64,000 nucleotides of DNA from Elusimicrobiota bacterium (GTDB lineage Bacteria > Elusimicrobiota > Elusimicrobia > UBA1565 > UBA9628), in the NCBI GenBank assembly GCA_016234805.1, contig JACRNU010000019.1, forward strand, positions 562-64,561, given 5' to 3'. A program made the translations under genes and the position numbers. Position 1 is the first letter of the stretch, and each line of letters opens with the position of its first letter. Shown here piece after piece: positions 9,371 to 19,456 of the stretch. The notes below the pieces were generated by a model that saw only the letters and a program-made list of their open reading frames with translations, was not told where the DNA came from and searched no databases.

Positions 9371-9793
9371 ATGAAGGAAGCCATCCGGGAGGCGAAGAAG
9401 GGGCTCCGCGAGGGCGGCATCCCCATCGGCTCGGTCCTGGTCAAGGACGGCAAGATCATCGGCCGGGGCCGCAACCGGCGCGTGCAGAAGAAGTCCGCCA
9501 TCCTCCACGCCGAGATGGACTGCCTTGAGAACGCGGGCCGGCTCAAAGCCGCGGACTACGAACGCTGCGTCATCTATTCGACCCTCTCGCCCTGCGACAT
9601 GTGCACGGGCGCCATCCTGCTCTACAAGATCCCGGTGGTGGTCATGGGCGAGAACCGCACCTTCAAGGGCCCGGAGGGCTATTCCCGCAAGAAGGTCAAG
9701 CTCGTCAACCTCGACCTCAAGGAATGCCGGGACATGATGGCGGATTTCATCAAGGCTAAACCGCGGCTCTGGAACGAGGACATCGGCGCATAA
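9371..9793 (+). CDS. CDA-fold nucleoside/nucleotide deaminase (TadA/guanine-deaminase-like)
   Basis: Zinc motifs HAEMDCL and SPCDMC. The likely start is the in-frame ATG at 9371 (MKEAIREAKKG); the track ORF starts at 9302 inside the palindrome. Confidence 0.75.
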   Translation: MKEAIREAKKGLREGGIPIGSVLVKDGKIIGRGRNRRVQKKSAILHAEMDCLENAGRLKAADYERCVIYSTLSPCDMCTGAILLYKIPVVVMGENRTFKGPEGYSRKKVKLVNLDLKECRDMMADFIKAKPRLWNEDIGA

Positions 9794-9810
9794 GGACACT
9801 GGCCTGCGCC

Positions 9811-10390
9811 TTGGCAGTCATGCCGGCGTCCGCGGCCCTTGCCCAACAGCGGGTCGTGACCAGGACGCCGGTCCTGGCCCTGCCTGCCTCTCCGATTTCA
9901 GCCGCGGCAGGCGCGCCGACGGCCCCGGTCCTCCTAGGGAGCGCCTCAGGAAGCCCGGCCTCCTGGGTATCATTTTCACCGTCATTATCGCTCCCCGGCC
10001 TCGGCGTCCCCGGGTTACAAGCCTCAGCGGCGCCGGAGGTCCCGTCCGGGCCGGCGGCGCGCGAAGTGCGCGTCATCAGCAACGACCCGGCTTCCCTGGT
10101 CTCGGACACGGCCCGCCAGGCGAACGCGCTGCTCGAAAGGCTGGCCGGCCGGTGGCGCGGTCTGGGCGCCGGAGACGTGCCCCCCATCGAGAAGGTCTAC
10201 CTCATCCCGAAAGCGTTGGACTATCCATCCTTCTACCGACTGGCCTTCGGCCTCGACGATCCAGCGGCCGCTTTCACCGAGTGGCGCGACCGGGTCCTTC
10301 AAGCCTCGGACGCGGACCTGCTCGACGAGTTCGCGCGCTTCGCAGACCGGTTCGGGCCCGGAGAGCATCGAGGCGGAAGCCTGGTTCGCA
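9811..10390 (+). CDS. Hypothetical Ala/Pro-rich protein, possibly the N-terminal part of a frameshifted longer gene
   Basis: Protein-like sequence up to ~10360, then a garbage tail. The downstream frame continues with protein-like sequence (see findings). Confidence 0.3.
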
Positions 10391-10411
10391 CTCACCGGGG
10401 GAGCGTTCTAC

Positions 10412-12034
10412 ATGGCGCGTGCCAGGACCCTGGTGCTCCTGCCCCGGGTCCTGTCCGCGCCAGGCGGCTTCGATCGGAGCGTCCTGGCGCACGAAGCCAC
10501 CCACCACCTCCTCGACCATCTCTGGCCCCGCAGGAGCGGCAAACCCGACGAGCACCTCGCGGTCCTCAAGGAAGCCCTCGCCGACTACGGCGCGGCCTCC
10601 TTCCTGGACGACCCCATCATCGACCGTGACGGCCCGCCGCGCGACATGTCGGCCTTCGCGTCCCTCGACGCCGGGGTCGCGCCAGCCGATGGGACGGCTC
10701 CGGCCTATCTCCAGGGCCAGCCTTTGCGCTGGCTCCTCTGGCAGTTCCGCGGCCGCGTGGGCGCGGACCGCGCGGACCGCCTGGCCTTCACTGCCCTCGC
10801 GGACCTGGCCTCCTCGGCCGAGCTCCCCGGCGCGGGCGACCCCGCGCTCCTGATCCAGGCCTATCTGGAGGCCTTCCAGCGCGGCATTTCCATATCGGAG
10901 AAGGAGAGCTTCCGCGCTCTGGCCTCCGCAATCGGAGCGCGGGTCTCGGACTCAGCCGGCAGCTCCCTCGCCGCGCTTCGGACCTCGCTCCCAGGCCTTT
11001 CCTCCCTGGCCTTGTTCGTCCCGGAAGCCTGGACCGGCGCCCCGGGCGAGCCGTCTGTCGTCGAAGGAGCCCCTTCCGGGAGCCTCGCGCCCGGCCGGTG
11101 GCTGCCCAAAAACAAGGAGCGCCTTGAGCGCCTCATTGCCGAACACGGCCGGGGCGGCACAGCCTGGGACCCGAGCCGGCCTCCCCTGGCGACCTTTGAT
11201 TGGGACAACACGGTCATCCGCAACGACATCGGCGAAGCTGTCTTCTTCCACGCCATCAGGGAGATGCGCTTCAAGTTCGAGCTCGGAGACCGCTTCTGGG
11301 ACCTGATCCCGGAGCGCTACGGCCGCGAGGAACTCCGCTCGGCCGTCGCGTCCCTGACCGGCCTGCCCCTGGAGCAGGCCAAACACACGCCGCAGTACCG
11401 CCGCTACCGGAAGCTCTTCCACCGGATGTACGAAGAGATCAAACGCGACGGAGCGTCCCTCAACATCGACTACGGCTGGCTGGTCCAGCTCATGGTCGGA
11501 TTCACGGAGCCGGAGCTTCAGGGCCTCTCCGACGAGGTCATCGCCTTGGAGACCGGGCGCCCCTTGGGAACCGAGCTGGTCTCGGAAAGCGACAACGACC
11601 CTGACCCGGTCCAGGTGCCGACCGGCATCCGTATTTACCCGGAGATGGCTGACCTTGTCTCCCGCCTTATCGCGATGGGCTGGGAGGTGCGCATCGTGAG
11701 CGCCACCGCGGAGCAGGTCGTGGCCCGATTCGCCGCCCGCCTGGGCATCCCCCTGGGCCGCGTGCATGGAGCGCGCGTCCGTCTGGCCGCGGGCGTCCTG
11801 ACCACGGAGCTCACCCAGCGCACTTGGCGCCAAGGCAAGGCGGACGTCATCCTCCGTGAAGCCGGAAGGCCGAGCGAGCTTGCGGGCGGGGACAGCAACT
11901 CCGACCGCGAGATGCTCGCGCTCTCCCGCGGGGAGAGGCTCGTCATCGACCTCGGGCGGGAACCCCTGCGCAGCGAAGCCCTCTCCCAAGGCTGGCTGCT
12001 CCAGCCCCCCTTCGTCAGGCCTTCTTCGCCCTGA
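10412..12034 (+). CDS. HAD-IB family hydrolase with N-terminal extension containing an HEATH (HExxH) motif
   Basis: HAD motif I (FDWDNT), motif IV (GDSNSDREM) and the cap region. The N-terminal ~250 aa have no clear family assignment. Confidence 0.55.
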   Translation: MARARTLVLLPRVLSAPGGFDRSVLAHEATHHLLDHLWPRRSGKPDEHLAVLKEALADYGAASFLDDPIIDRDGPPRDMSAFASLDAGVAPADGTAPAYLQGQPLRWLLWQFRGRVGADRADRLAFTALADLASSAELPGAGDPALLIQAYLEAFQRGISISEKESFRALASAIGARVSDSAGSSLAALRTSLPGLSSLALFVPEAWTGAPGEPSVVEGAPSGSLAPGRWLPKNKERLERLIAEHGRGGTAWDPSRPPLATFDWDNTVIRNDIGEAVFFHAIREMRFKFELGDRFWDLIPERYGREELRSAVASLTGLPLEQAKHTPQYRRYRKLFHRMYEEIKRDGASLNIDYGWLVQLMVGFTEPELQGLSDEVIALETGRPLGTELVSESDNDPDPVQVPTGIRIYPEMADLVSRLIAMGWEVRIVSATAEQVVARFAARLGIPLGRVHGARVRLAAGVLTTELTQRTWRQGKADVILREAGRPSELAGGDSNSDREMLALSRGERLVIDLGREPLRSEALSQGWLLQPPFVRPSSP

Positions 12035-12407
12035 GACGGTCCTCGAACTCGGAGAAGCGCAGGACCCGGGCGCCCTCGGAACGCGCGTCATCGGCCAGAC
12101 CGCCGTCCTCGGTCACCACCACCGCGCCCTTGCCGGAGAAACCCTGGAGCCGCACCACGCCCATGATCATGTCATCGGCCCGGACCCCGACGGAGAAGCG
12201 CACCCGAAGGGCGGCGTAGGGACCGCCCACGGGCCTAGCCGGGCCGTCGAAGAAGACCTCGACCGTGAAGCGTCCCCCGGCGCGGGAGACGAGCCCTTCG
12301 AGCCGGTCGAGCCAATCCAGGGTGCGCTGCTCTTCAACGGCCGGGAAGCGCGGGTCGTAGTCGTGCCTGCGCACCGCGTTCGAGCCGTCGACCAGGTAAG
12401 TCCTCAC
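12015..12407 (-). CDS. NYN/YacP-like PIN-fold RNase domain protein
   Basis: MRTYLVDGSNAVRR start is typical of the YacP/NYN family; 130 aa. Confidence 0.6.
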   Translation of the reverse strand: MRTYLVDGSNAVRRHDYDPRFPAVEEQRTLDWLDRLEGLVSRAGGRFTVEVFFDGPARPVGGPYAALRVRFSVGVRADDMIMGVVRLQGFSGKGAVVVTEDGGLADDARSEGARVLRFSEFEDRLRAKKA

Positions 12408-12426
12408 GGTCGGACCCGGCGGGTCT

Positions 12427-14112
12427 TCACAGCCTGACGGCCCTCAGCCGGGCCACGGTCGCGTCGTGACGCTTCTTCTCAGCCGCGACCTTGTTTGCCG
12501 GGATCTCCTTGCGCTCGAGGGCCTCGGCGAAGGCTTCGTCGTCGAAAGGCCGGACCCAGCGGTACTCGTGCTCGGCCAGCCATTTGGCCGGCGCCTTGCG
12601 GCGGTCCACGATTAGGAGCGACTGCTCGTCCCAGTAGACAAGGGCCCAGCGTTCCTTCGGGAAGGTGAAGAGGTACCAGGGCCTGAGGAACTTCCTGGTA
12701 GAACCGTCGCGGTAGGCCTTGCGCGTCACGAACCAGGATCTGACGTTGCGCAGGAGCATGCCGTCGAATCCCTGCTTGTCCACGTACTCCTTGGTCTTCT
12801 CCACGGAATTGGCCGCTTCGCCGATCTCGGGCAGGTGGCCGTGGAAGATGTACCGGCCGTCGTCGAAGACCTTGTGCCAGGGGCTGAGCCTCCAGCCCAG
12901 GTACCCGCCCCATTCCCACGGGTTGTAGAGCCGCAGGCCCTCGAAGACCCGCCTTTCTTCAGCCATGAACTCCGCTGTCGCGACCGGCACATAGCGGCTG
13001 TCAAAGAAGCCCGGCCAAGAAAGCCTGGAGACCACGATCCCGAGGAAGACCGCGTAGCAGGCCGCGGCGCCGACCAGGACCCGGCCCGCCCATGGACGGC
13101 GCAGCCAGCCCGCGCCGGAAGCGATAGCCAGGGCCAGGGGCACGGCTAAAGGGATGAAGAAGGCTCCGATCCTGACGTGACGCACCGCGGTCATTCCGAG
13201 GACCGCGGCCGCAAGCACGGGGCCCGCGGGGAACTTGGCCGGGGCGTCTTTCGCCGGAACCCGGCCGCGGCCCCACAGCAGCCGGCTGACGACAACGACC
13301 AGGAAGAACGCCAGGACCACCCAGAACGGCTGATGGAACATGTTCCCGTAAGTCGTGGCGGACCACTCTTGGATGTGCCGGGACAGGTCCGCCCTGCTCC
13401 CCCAGTGCTCCGCCATCACGAGGTACGGGCCCACTCCGTTAGGGTTGACCAGGGTCCCCAGGAACGCGGCCGAAGCCAGCCCAGCCAGGCCCAGAGCCTC
13501 GGACCAGCGCCGCTCGCACGCGGCGGCCAGGCCGCAGCAGGCCACGAGCAGGAACCCGAACACCGCTCCGGAATGGAAGTTCGTCCACAGGCAGAACCCT
13601 GCGAATGCCGCGGCCAGGGCCTTGGGTCCGGCTTTTCGGCCAGCGAGCCGCAGTCGTTCCAGATAGAGGAAAAGCAGGCCGAAAGCGATGACCGAGAACT
13701 GCTCGGGCCTTAAGTCGGCTCGCGGCAGGCTCCCGGCGGACCAGGCAACGACCCCGGCCGCGACGAACGCTTCCGGCACGGCGTGGCAGCGCAGGGTCGC
13801 GACGAGGATCGCGGCTGAGACGGCCATGAGGCCGCTCTTGAGGATCCACAGCCCGGCCATGCCGGCCAGCGAATAGGCCCCGTGATAGACGACCTGGGAG
13901 AGCCACTCGAAATCGGCCCAGGGAGCGCCCTGCAAGGTGTAGGAGAGGAAATCCTCGCGCACGATCCTGCCGTGCTCGGCCATCCACCTGCCCGCGGACA
14001 AGTGCCAGAAGAGATCGGGGTTATAGAGCGGGAGCAGGAACGGCAGGCAAGACAACAGTACGGCCGCTGCCCAAAGCCGGAGCGTTTTCCCCTCGTTGAG
14101 AGGGTTCCTCAC
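12427..14112 (-). CDS. Large polytopic membrane protein with periplasmic C-terminal domain (GT-C-like glycosyltransferase fold suspected)
   Basis: About 12 predicted TM helices rich in Trp/Phe, then a ~170-aa soluble tail. No specific family recognised. Confidence 0.45.
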   Translation of the reverse strand: MRNPLNEGKTLRLWAAAVLLSCLPFLLPLYNPDLFWHLSAGRWMAEHGRIVREDFLSYTLQGAPWADFEWLSQVVYHGAYSLAGMAGLWILKSGLMAVSAAILVATLRCHAVPEAFVAAGVVAWSAGSLPRADLRPEQFSVIAFGLLFLYLERLRLAGRKAGPKALAAAFAGFCLWTNFHSGAVFGFLLVACCGLAAACERRWSEALGLAGLASAAFLGTLVNPNGVGPYLVMAEHWGSRADLSRHIQEWSATTYGNMFHQPFWVVLAFFLVVVVSRLLWGRGRVPAKDAPAKFPAGPVLAAAVLGMTAVRHVRIGAFFIPLAVPLALAIASGAGWLRRPWAGRVLVGAAACYAVFLGIVVSRLSWPGFFDSRYVPVATAEFMAEERRVFEGLRLYNPWEWGGYLGWRLSPWHKVFDDGRYIFHGHLPEIGEAANSVEKTKEYVDKQGFDGMLLRNVRSWFVTRKAYRDGSTRKFLRPWYLFTFPKERWALVYWDEQSLLIVDRRKAPAKWLAEHEYRWVRPFDDEAFAEALERKEIPANKVAAEKKRHDATVARLRAVRL

Positions 14113-14120
14113 ATTCTGTA

Positions 14121-14315
14121 TTATCTGGAGGGACGGACCACGCGCCCCGACTTGATGCAGACGGAGCAGGCGTAGGCCGTCACGGTCCGACCGTCCAAGA
14201 CGAACTTCTGCCGCTGAAGGTTGGGGCGGAAGACGCGCTTGGTCGCGCGATGGGAGTGGCTATAGCTGAAGCCCGAGACCGGGCCTTTACCGCAGACTGC
14301 GCATTTGAATGCCAT
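14121..14315 (-). CDS. rpmB: 50S ribosomal protein L28
   Basis: 64 aa, MAFKCAVCGK...ATKRVFRPNLQRQKF matches L28. Confidence 0.85.
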   Translation of the reverse strand: MAFKCAVCGKGPVSGFSYSHSHRATKRVFRPNLQRQKFVLDGRTVTAYACSVCIKSGRVVRPSR

Positions 14316-16461
14316 GATGGTTCCTGCCGGGGATTATACTAAAAGCACGCCCCCTCCTCAATCAAGGGGGCGCGGCGATCTTCCCGAGACCGCCTTGAGC
14401 CGCGCCTTCCGGGGCGTGGGCCCCAAGCGGGGCCGCCAACTCGCCCTCATGGGCATCCTGACCCCTCAGGACATGCTCTACAACTTCCCGCGCGACTGGT
14501 CTGACCGCTCCTCGGGCTCGGACCTCTCCAAGGTGCCGGAGGGGCCCGTGGTCTTCCAGGGCAGGATCCTCAGCGGCCGCCTCATCCGCGCCAACCCGCG
14601 CCTGGGCATCTTCAAGGCCCGGGTGGCCACCGGGGACCGCAAGATCGACCTGGTGTGGTTCAAGCACCTCAGCTTCCGCTACGACGCCTTCGCCGCGATC
14701 AAGAAAGACGTCACCACCGGGGCCGACCTCTGGATCGTGGGCAAGGCCGAGGGCGACCTGCTGGGCGTGCGCGAAGTGCGGGTGGACGAGTACTACCTCC
14801 TGTCGGACCCGCGCAAGGCCCTGCACGTGGGCCGCATCGTGCCCGTCTACGGCCTGACCGAGGGGATCACCCAGCACCTCATGCGCGAGCTCGCGCACCA
14901 GGCCGTGTCCGCGGCTGCGGCCGTGCCGGCCGACCCCCTGCCCCCGGCCCTCCTCCACAAGCGCGGCCTGCTCTCGCTCAAGCAGGCGCTCTCCGCGGTC
15001 CACTTCCCGCGCTCCTTCGCCGAGCTCGAGGCTGCCCGGACGCGGCTCGCCTACGAGGAGCTCCTCCTGCTCGAGTTCGCGTGGATCTTCAAGCGCCGGC
15101 AGACCCGGGGCCTGGCCAAGAACTTCTCCTACGAGATCAAGCGTCACCTGCTGACACCCTTCCGCGAGGGCCTGGGCTTCGAGCTCACCCGCGCCCAGAA
15201 ACGGGTCATCAACGAGCTCTTCGAGGACCTGCGCCAGCCCTTCCCCATGACCCGGCTCCTGCAGGGAGACGTGGGCTCGGGCAAGACCGTGGTCGCCCTG
15301 TCGGCACTGCTGCTCGCGGTCGAGAACGGCTACCAAGCGGCCTTCATGGTCCCCACCGAGATCCTCGCGGACCAGCACATGACCACCCTGTCACAGTTCC
15401 TCAAGGGCCTGCCGGTCCGCTGCGCCATGCTCACCTCGCGGCTGAGCAAAGGTGACCGCGACAAGACCGTGGAGAAGATCCGCGCCGGCGAAGTCGACAT
15501 CATCGTCGGCACCCACGCGCTCCTCGAGAGCGACGTCCAGTTCCCCAAGCTCAAGTTCGCGGTCATCGATGAGCAGCACCGCTTCGGCGTGCGCCAGCGC
15601 ACGACCCTGCGCCAAAAGAGCGCGCTCCTCGACCTGCTGGTCATGACCGCGACCCCCATCCCGCGGACCCTGGCCCTGGCCCTCTACGGCGACCTCGACG
15701 TCTCCACCTTGGACGAGATGCCCCCCGACAAGACCACGGCCCAGACCTTCCACGCCCCGGAGGAAGAGTCCCTGGCCGCGGTCAAAGCCGAGGCTGCCAA
15801 GGGGCACCAGGCGTACGTGGTCTACCCCATCATCGAGGAGTCCGCCAACCTCGACCTGCAGTCGGCCAAGGCCGAGTACGAGCGCCTCCGGACCGGACCG
15901 CTCAAGGACCTTCGGGTGGCGCTTATCCACGGCGCCATGCCCGGACGGACCAAGGCCAAGATCATGGCCGAGTTCGGCAAGCGGGAGTGGGACGTGCTGG
16001 TCGCCACCCCGGTCATCGAGGTCGGAATCGACGTGCCCAATGCCACGGTCATGGTGGTGCAGAATGCGGACCGCTTCGGCATGGCCAGCCTCCACCAGCT
16101 CAGGGGCCGCATCGGCCGCGGCCGGCTCCCCTCGGTCTGCTACCTCGTGGCGGACCCCAAGACCGAGGACGCGCGCCGCAGGCTCGAGACCCTGGTCGCG
16201 ACCTGCGACGGGTTCCGCATCGGCGAGGAGGACCTCAAGATCCGCGGGCCCGGCGAGTTCATGGGCACGGCCCAGCACGGGGAGCTCACCCTCAAGATCG
16301 CGGACCTCCACCGCCACGCGGAGCTCCTGGCCCAGGCGCGCTCTGACGCGGAGGAGATGCTCAAGACCGATCCGCGCCTGCTCGCGACCGAGAACGGCCC
16401 CCTGCGGGACAGGATCCTCAGCCTCTATGGAGACACATGGAACCGCATCGACCTCGCGTGA
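14305..16461 (+). CDS. recG: ATP-dependent DNA helicase RecG
   Basis: Wedge/N-terminal domain, then helicase motifs (GDVGSGKTVVA, DEQHRFGV, TATPIPRT, QLRGRIGRG). The exact start is uncertain within 14305-14317. Confidence 0.9.
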   Translation: MNAMMVPAGDYTKSTPPPQSRGRGDLPETALSRAFRGVGPKRGRQLALMGILTPQDMLYNFPRDWSDRSSGSDLSKVPEGPVVFQGRILSGRLIRANPRLGIFKARVATGDRKIDLVWFKHLSFRYDAFAAIKKDVTTGADLWIVGKAEGDLLGVREVRVDEYYLLSDPRKALHVGRIVPVYGLTEGITQHLMRELAHQAVSAAAAVPADPLPPALLHKRGLLSLKQALSAVHFPRSFAELEAARTRLAYEELLLLEFAWIFKRRQTRGLAKNFSYEIKRHLLTPFREGLGFELTRAQKRVINELFEDLRQPFPMTRLLQGDVGSGKTVVALSALLLAVENGYQAAFMVPTEILADQHMTTLSQFLKGLPVRCAMLTSRLSKGDRDKTVEKIRAGEVDIIVGTHALLESDVQFPKLKFAVIDEQHRFGVRQRTTLRQKSALLDLLVMTATPIPRTLALALYGDLDVSTLDEMPPDKTTAQTFHAPEEESLAAVKAEAAKGHQAYVVYPIIEESANLDLQSAKAEYERLRTGPLKDLRVALIHGAMPGRTKAKIMAEFGKREWDVLVATPVIEVGIDVPNATVMVVQNADRFGMASLHQLRGRIGRGRLPSVCYLVADPKTEDARRRLETLVATCDGFRIGEEDLKIRGPGEFMGTAQHGELTLKIADLHRHAELLAQARSDAEEMLKTDPRLLATENGPLRDRILSLYGDTWNRIDLA

Positions 16462-17315
16462 CCCGCTGCTTCTGTCTTTTCCTCCTCGTCAGCCTGGGGA
16501 ACCTAGTCCCTTCCAGGGCCCAGGTCGACCGGGAGACCGTCCATGTCCTGGGCTGGTCCAAGGCCTGCTCGGTGGCCGTCGAATACTTCGGGTTCCCAGG
16601 CGTGGGGGCCGGCCTCTTCAACGAGCCCATCTCCATGCAGATCGGCTCCATCGCTCTGCAAGACCCGGCGCTGAAGGCCTCCGAGGACTGGATCATCAAT
16701 GCCGAGGGCAAGGCCGTATGGGACCCGGACAAGGCGGCCAAAGCCGTGTCCAAGCTCAAGAAGACGGGGTTCGTGCTCGCGGGCTCCTCGGAGACCGTGC
16801 CGGCCGAGCCCACGGGCTGGCCCGAGATCGACGCGGTCCTGCTCACCACCCGGTCCCTCGGCGCATACTCGCCCTCGGGCTGGCCCGCCAAGGACTTCCG
16901 CCTCCATCAGATCCACTATTCCCCCATGGGCACCTGCGCGCTCCTGCTGTACCGCTGGACCGGGTCCAAGGAACGGGACTTCTTCCAGTTCCTGCTGGTC
17001 CGGACCCGCAACCCCAGGGCCAAGATCGAGCGCGCCATGGCCCACCTCGACCTGGCGATCCGCCTCTTCGACCGGGGAGACCTCGCAGGCGCGCTCGACG
17101 AGTCCGGCTTCGCGGCCCGGGCCGCGCCCAACGACGCTGAGGCGCGCTACAGGCACGCGGCCTATCTCGCCCTCTCCGGCTATTACGAAGACGCGTTCGA
17201 TGAGCTCTCCCTCTCCCTGAGGTACGAGAAGAAGAACAAGGAGCGGGCCCGCAAGGACCCGGATTTCGAGGGCCTAGCCAAGGACAAGCGCTTCAAGACC
17301 CTCACCCGGCCCTAA
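16437..17315 (+). CDS. Hypothetical secreted protein with C-terminal TPR-like region
   Basis: N-terminal hydrophobic signal (CFCLFLLVSLG) and C-terminal helical repeats. Confidence 0.4.
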   Translation: MEPHRPRVTRCFCLFLLVSLGNLVPSRAQVDRETVHVLGWSKACSVAVEYFGFPGVGAGLFNEPISMQIGSIALQDPALKASEDWIINAEGKAVWDPDKAAKAVSKLKKTGFVLAGSSETVPAEPTGWPEIDAVLLTTRSLGAYSPSGWPAKDFRLHQIHYSPMGTCALLLYRWTGSKERDFFQFLLVRTRNPRAKIERAMAHLDLAIRLFDRGDLAGALDESGFAARAAPNDAEARYRHAAYLALSGYYEDAFDELSLSLRYEKKNKERARKDPDFEGLAKDKRFKTLTRP

Positions 17316-17324
17316 GGAGGCCCC

Positions 17325-18722
17325 ATGATCGAGCTGGTCCTGTCCCTTCCTTTATTAATCGCCGGCCCCGTCCGCGCCGCGGCCCCCGCTTCGGGGACTT
17401 CGGCACAGGCCGCGCCTCCGGCCTTGACCGCGCCGGAACTCCGGATGACCCTGGCCGAGGCCGTCTCCTCCGCCCTGGCTGACTCCCCGGCGCTCCGGGC
17501 CGCCCAGGCCGAGGAGAAGGCCGCGGCCAGCCGCGGGGAAAGCCGTTGGGGAGGGCTCTGGCCGCAGTTGAGCCTCGAATCCTCCTACAGGTTCTCCAGC
17601 GAGGTGCCGGAGCTGACCGTCGTGCCGGGCAAGACCCAGTCCCTAGGGGACCACCACAACTACTCCGTCGGCCCGTCGCTCAACTGGACCCTTTGGGACC
17701 AGGGGGCGCGCAGGCAGGCGTGGCTGTCCGCGGTCGCGGCCGCGGATGCCAGGTCCCAGGACTCCACGCTAGCGCGGCGGCAAGTCCGCTTGAAGACCCG
17801 GCTGGCGTATTTCCAGGCCCAGCTGGCCCTGGAACAGGTGCGCCTCCTGGGCGATTCGCTCAAGCTCGCCCAGTCCCAGCATGGGGATGTGGAAAAGCGG
17901 CGCGAGGCCGGGGCTTCGAGCCGGCTCGATTCCCTCCAGGCCCACCACGAGGTGCTGACCCGGCTCCGGCAGTTCCGGCAGGCCCGCTCGGACCTCGCGG
18001 CCGCCTTGCGCGATCTCTTCATGCTCACGGGCCGGGACCCGGGCTTGGACCTCTCCCTGCCCCTTGACGGCCGGATGCTCATGCCCCTGCCCGCTGACAT
18101 CGAGCCCGCCTCGGTCGCGGTCTTCCTCGACCGTCTTGACGGCTCGCTGGCCGAGCTCGCGGCCATCGAGGGCTGGACCATCGACGCCAGCCACCCGGGC
18201 GTGGCAGCCCTCCGCGACACGGCGCGCTCCGCCAAGTTCGCCGCAAATGGAACCCGGGCCGGGCTTTGGCCTCGCTTGGGCCTCTCCGCCCGCACCAGTC
18301 TCGAGTATCCCAATGGCCCGGTCCTCGAGGATTTCCACCAGAACGCGGTCGGCGTGTCCGCCAGCATGCCCCTCTTCGAGTTCGGCCGGACCCGCAGGGA
18401 GGCCGAGGGCCTCGACCGCCAGGCTCTTGCCGCGGAGGAGCGCGCCGAAGGCTCCCGCCGCGACCTCGTCCGGGATTGGCAGAAGGCCAAAGACCAGCTC
18501 CTCGGTCTCAAAGCCCAGAAGGAGCTCTGCCTCAAGGCCGCGGCCGAAGCCCACGAAGCCGCGGGCCTGACCTACGAGTCGTACAAGGCGGGCCGCGTCA
18601 CCTTCATCGAGGTGCAGACCGCCAACCTCAGGGAACTCGAGGCCCTGGTACAGACCGCGCGCACGGACGCGCAGTCCCTCGTCCAACTGGCGGCCATGGC
18701 AAGCCTGTCCGGCAAGGAGTGA
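17325..18722 (+). CDS. TolC-family outer membrane efflux protein
   Basis: Signal peptide, two repeated alpha-helical/beta-barrel halves, Leu/Ala/Gln-rich coiled coils. Confidence 0.75.
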   Translation: MIELVLSLPLLIAGPVRAAAPASGTSAQAAPPALTAPELRMTLAEAVSSALADSPALRAAQAEEKAAASRGESRWGGLWPQLSLESSYRFSSEVPELTVVPGKTQSLGDHHNYSVGPSLNWTLWDQGARRQAWLSAVAAADARSQDSTLARRQVRLKTRLAYFQAQLALEQVRLLGDSLKLAQSQHGDVEKRREAGASSRLDSLQAHHEVLTRLRQFRQARSDLAAALRDLFMLTGRDPGLDLSLPLDGRMLMPLPADIEPASVAVFLDRLDGSLAELAAIEGWTIDASHPGVAALRDTARSAKFAANGTRAGLWPRLGLSARTSLEYPNGPVLEDFHQNAVGVSASMPLFEFGRTRREAEGLDRQALAAEERAEGSRRDLVRDWQKAKDQLLGLKAQKELCLKAAAEAHEAAGLTYESYKAGRVTFIEVQTANLRELEALVQTARTDAQSLVQLAAMASLSGKE

Positions 18723-18726
18723 CCCC

Positions 18727-19449
18727 ATGAAGCTCATCCGAGTCCTCATCCCCGTCATGATCGCGGCCGCGGCGCTCTCGGCCTGGACCCTCCTGCGGAG
18801 GGGAGAGTTCCTCTACGCCGGCACGGTCGAGGCCACGGAGGTGGACATCTCCTCGCGCCTGATTTCCACGATCGCCTCCTTCGACGCCAGGGAGGGCCGG
18901 CCGGTCAAGGCCGGGGAAGTCATGGTGCGTCTTACCTGCGAAGAGATCCGCCTCGCCGCGGATATCGCGGACCGGGATTTCAAGCGCGCCCAGAAGCTGC
19001 GCGACGGCGCCATGACCGAGGAGGCCTACGACCGCCTGCGCTACAAGCGCGACGACGCCCAGGTACGGCTCGACTGGTGCGTTGTCAAGGCGCCCGCGGA
19101 CGCCACGGTCCTGTCCGTCTATCACGAGACAGGGGAAGCCGTCTCTCCAGGCACGAAGCTGCTGACCCTCGCGGCCTTGAGCGAGGTCTGGGCCTATGTC
19201 TACGTGCCCCAGCCCCTGCTCGCCAAACTATCGCTCGACATGGAGGTCCAAGGGACCATCCCGGAGATGAAGGGCAAGGTCTTCACCGGAAGGGTCAGCC
19301 GCATCAGCGACGAGGCCGAGTTCACCCCGAAGAACGTCCAGACCCGTTCGGAGCGCACCCGGCTGGTCTTCGGGGTGAAGGTCTCCTTCCCCAACCCGGA
19401 CCGGGTCCTCAAGCCTGGCATGACCATCGAGGTCCATCTGCCCGAATAG
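18727..19449 (+). CDS. HlyD/YbhG-like periplasmic adaptor (membrane fusion protein)
   Basis: N-terminal TM, coiled-coil hairpin and barrel-sandwich residues; lies between the OMF and ABC genes. Confidence 0.7.
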   Translation: MKLIRVLIPVMIAAAALSAWTLLRRGEFLYAGTVEATEVDISSRLISTIASFDAREGRPVKAGEVMVRLTCEEIRLAADIADRDFKRAQKLRDGAMTEEAYDRLRYKRDDAQVRLDWCVVKAPADATVLSVYHETGEAVSPGTKLLTLAALSEVWAYVYVPQPLLAKLSLDMEVQGTIPEMKGKVFTGRVSRISDEAEFTPKNVQTRSERTRLVFGVKVSFPNPDRVLKPGMTIEVHLPE

Positions 19450-19456
19450 GCGCCCC

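Noticed and set aside
14362-15378. 338-aa minus-strand ORF inside recG
   Set aside because: It is antisense to conserved helicase motifs; a Glu/Gly/Arg/Val-rich artefact.
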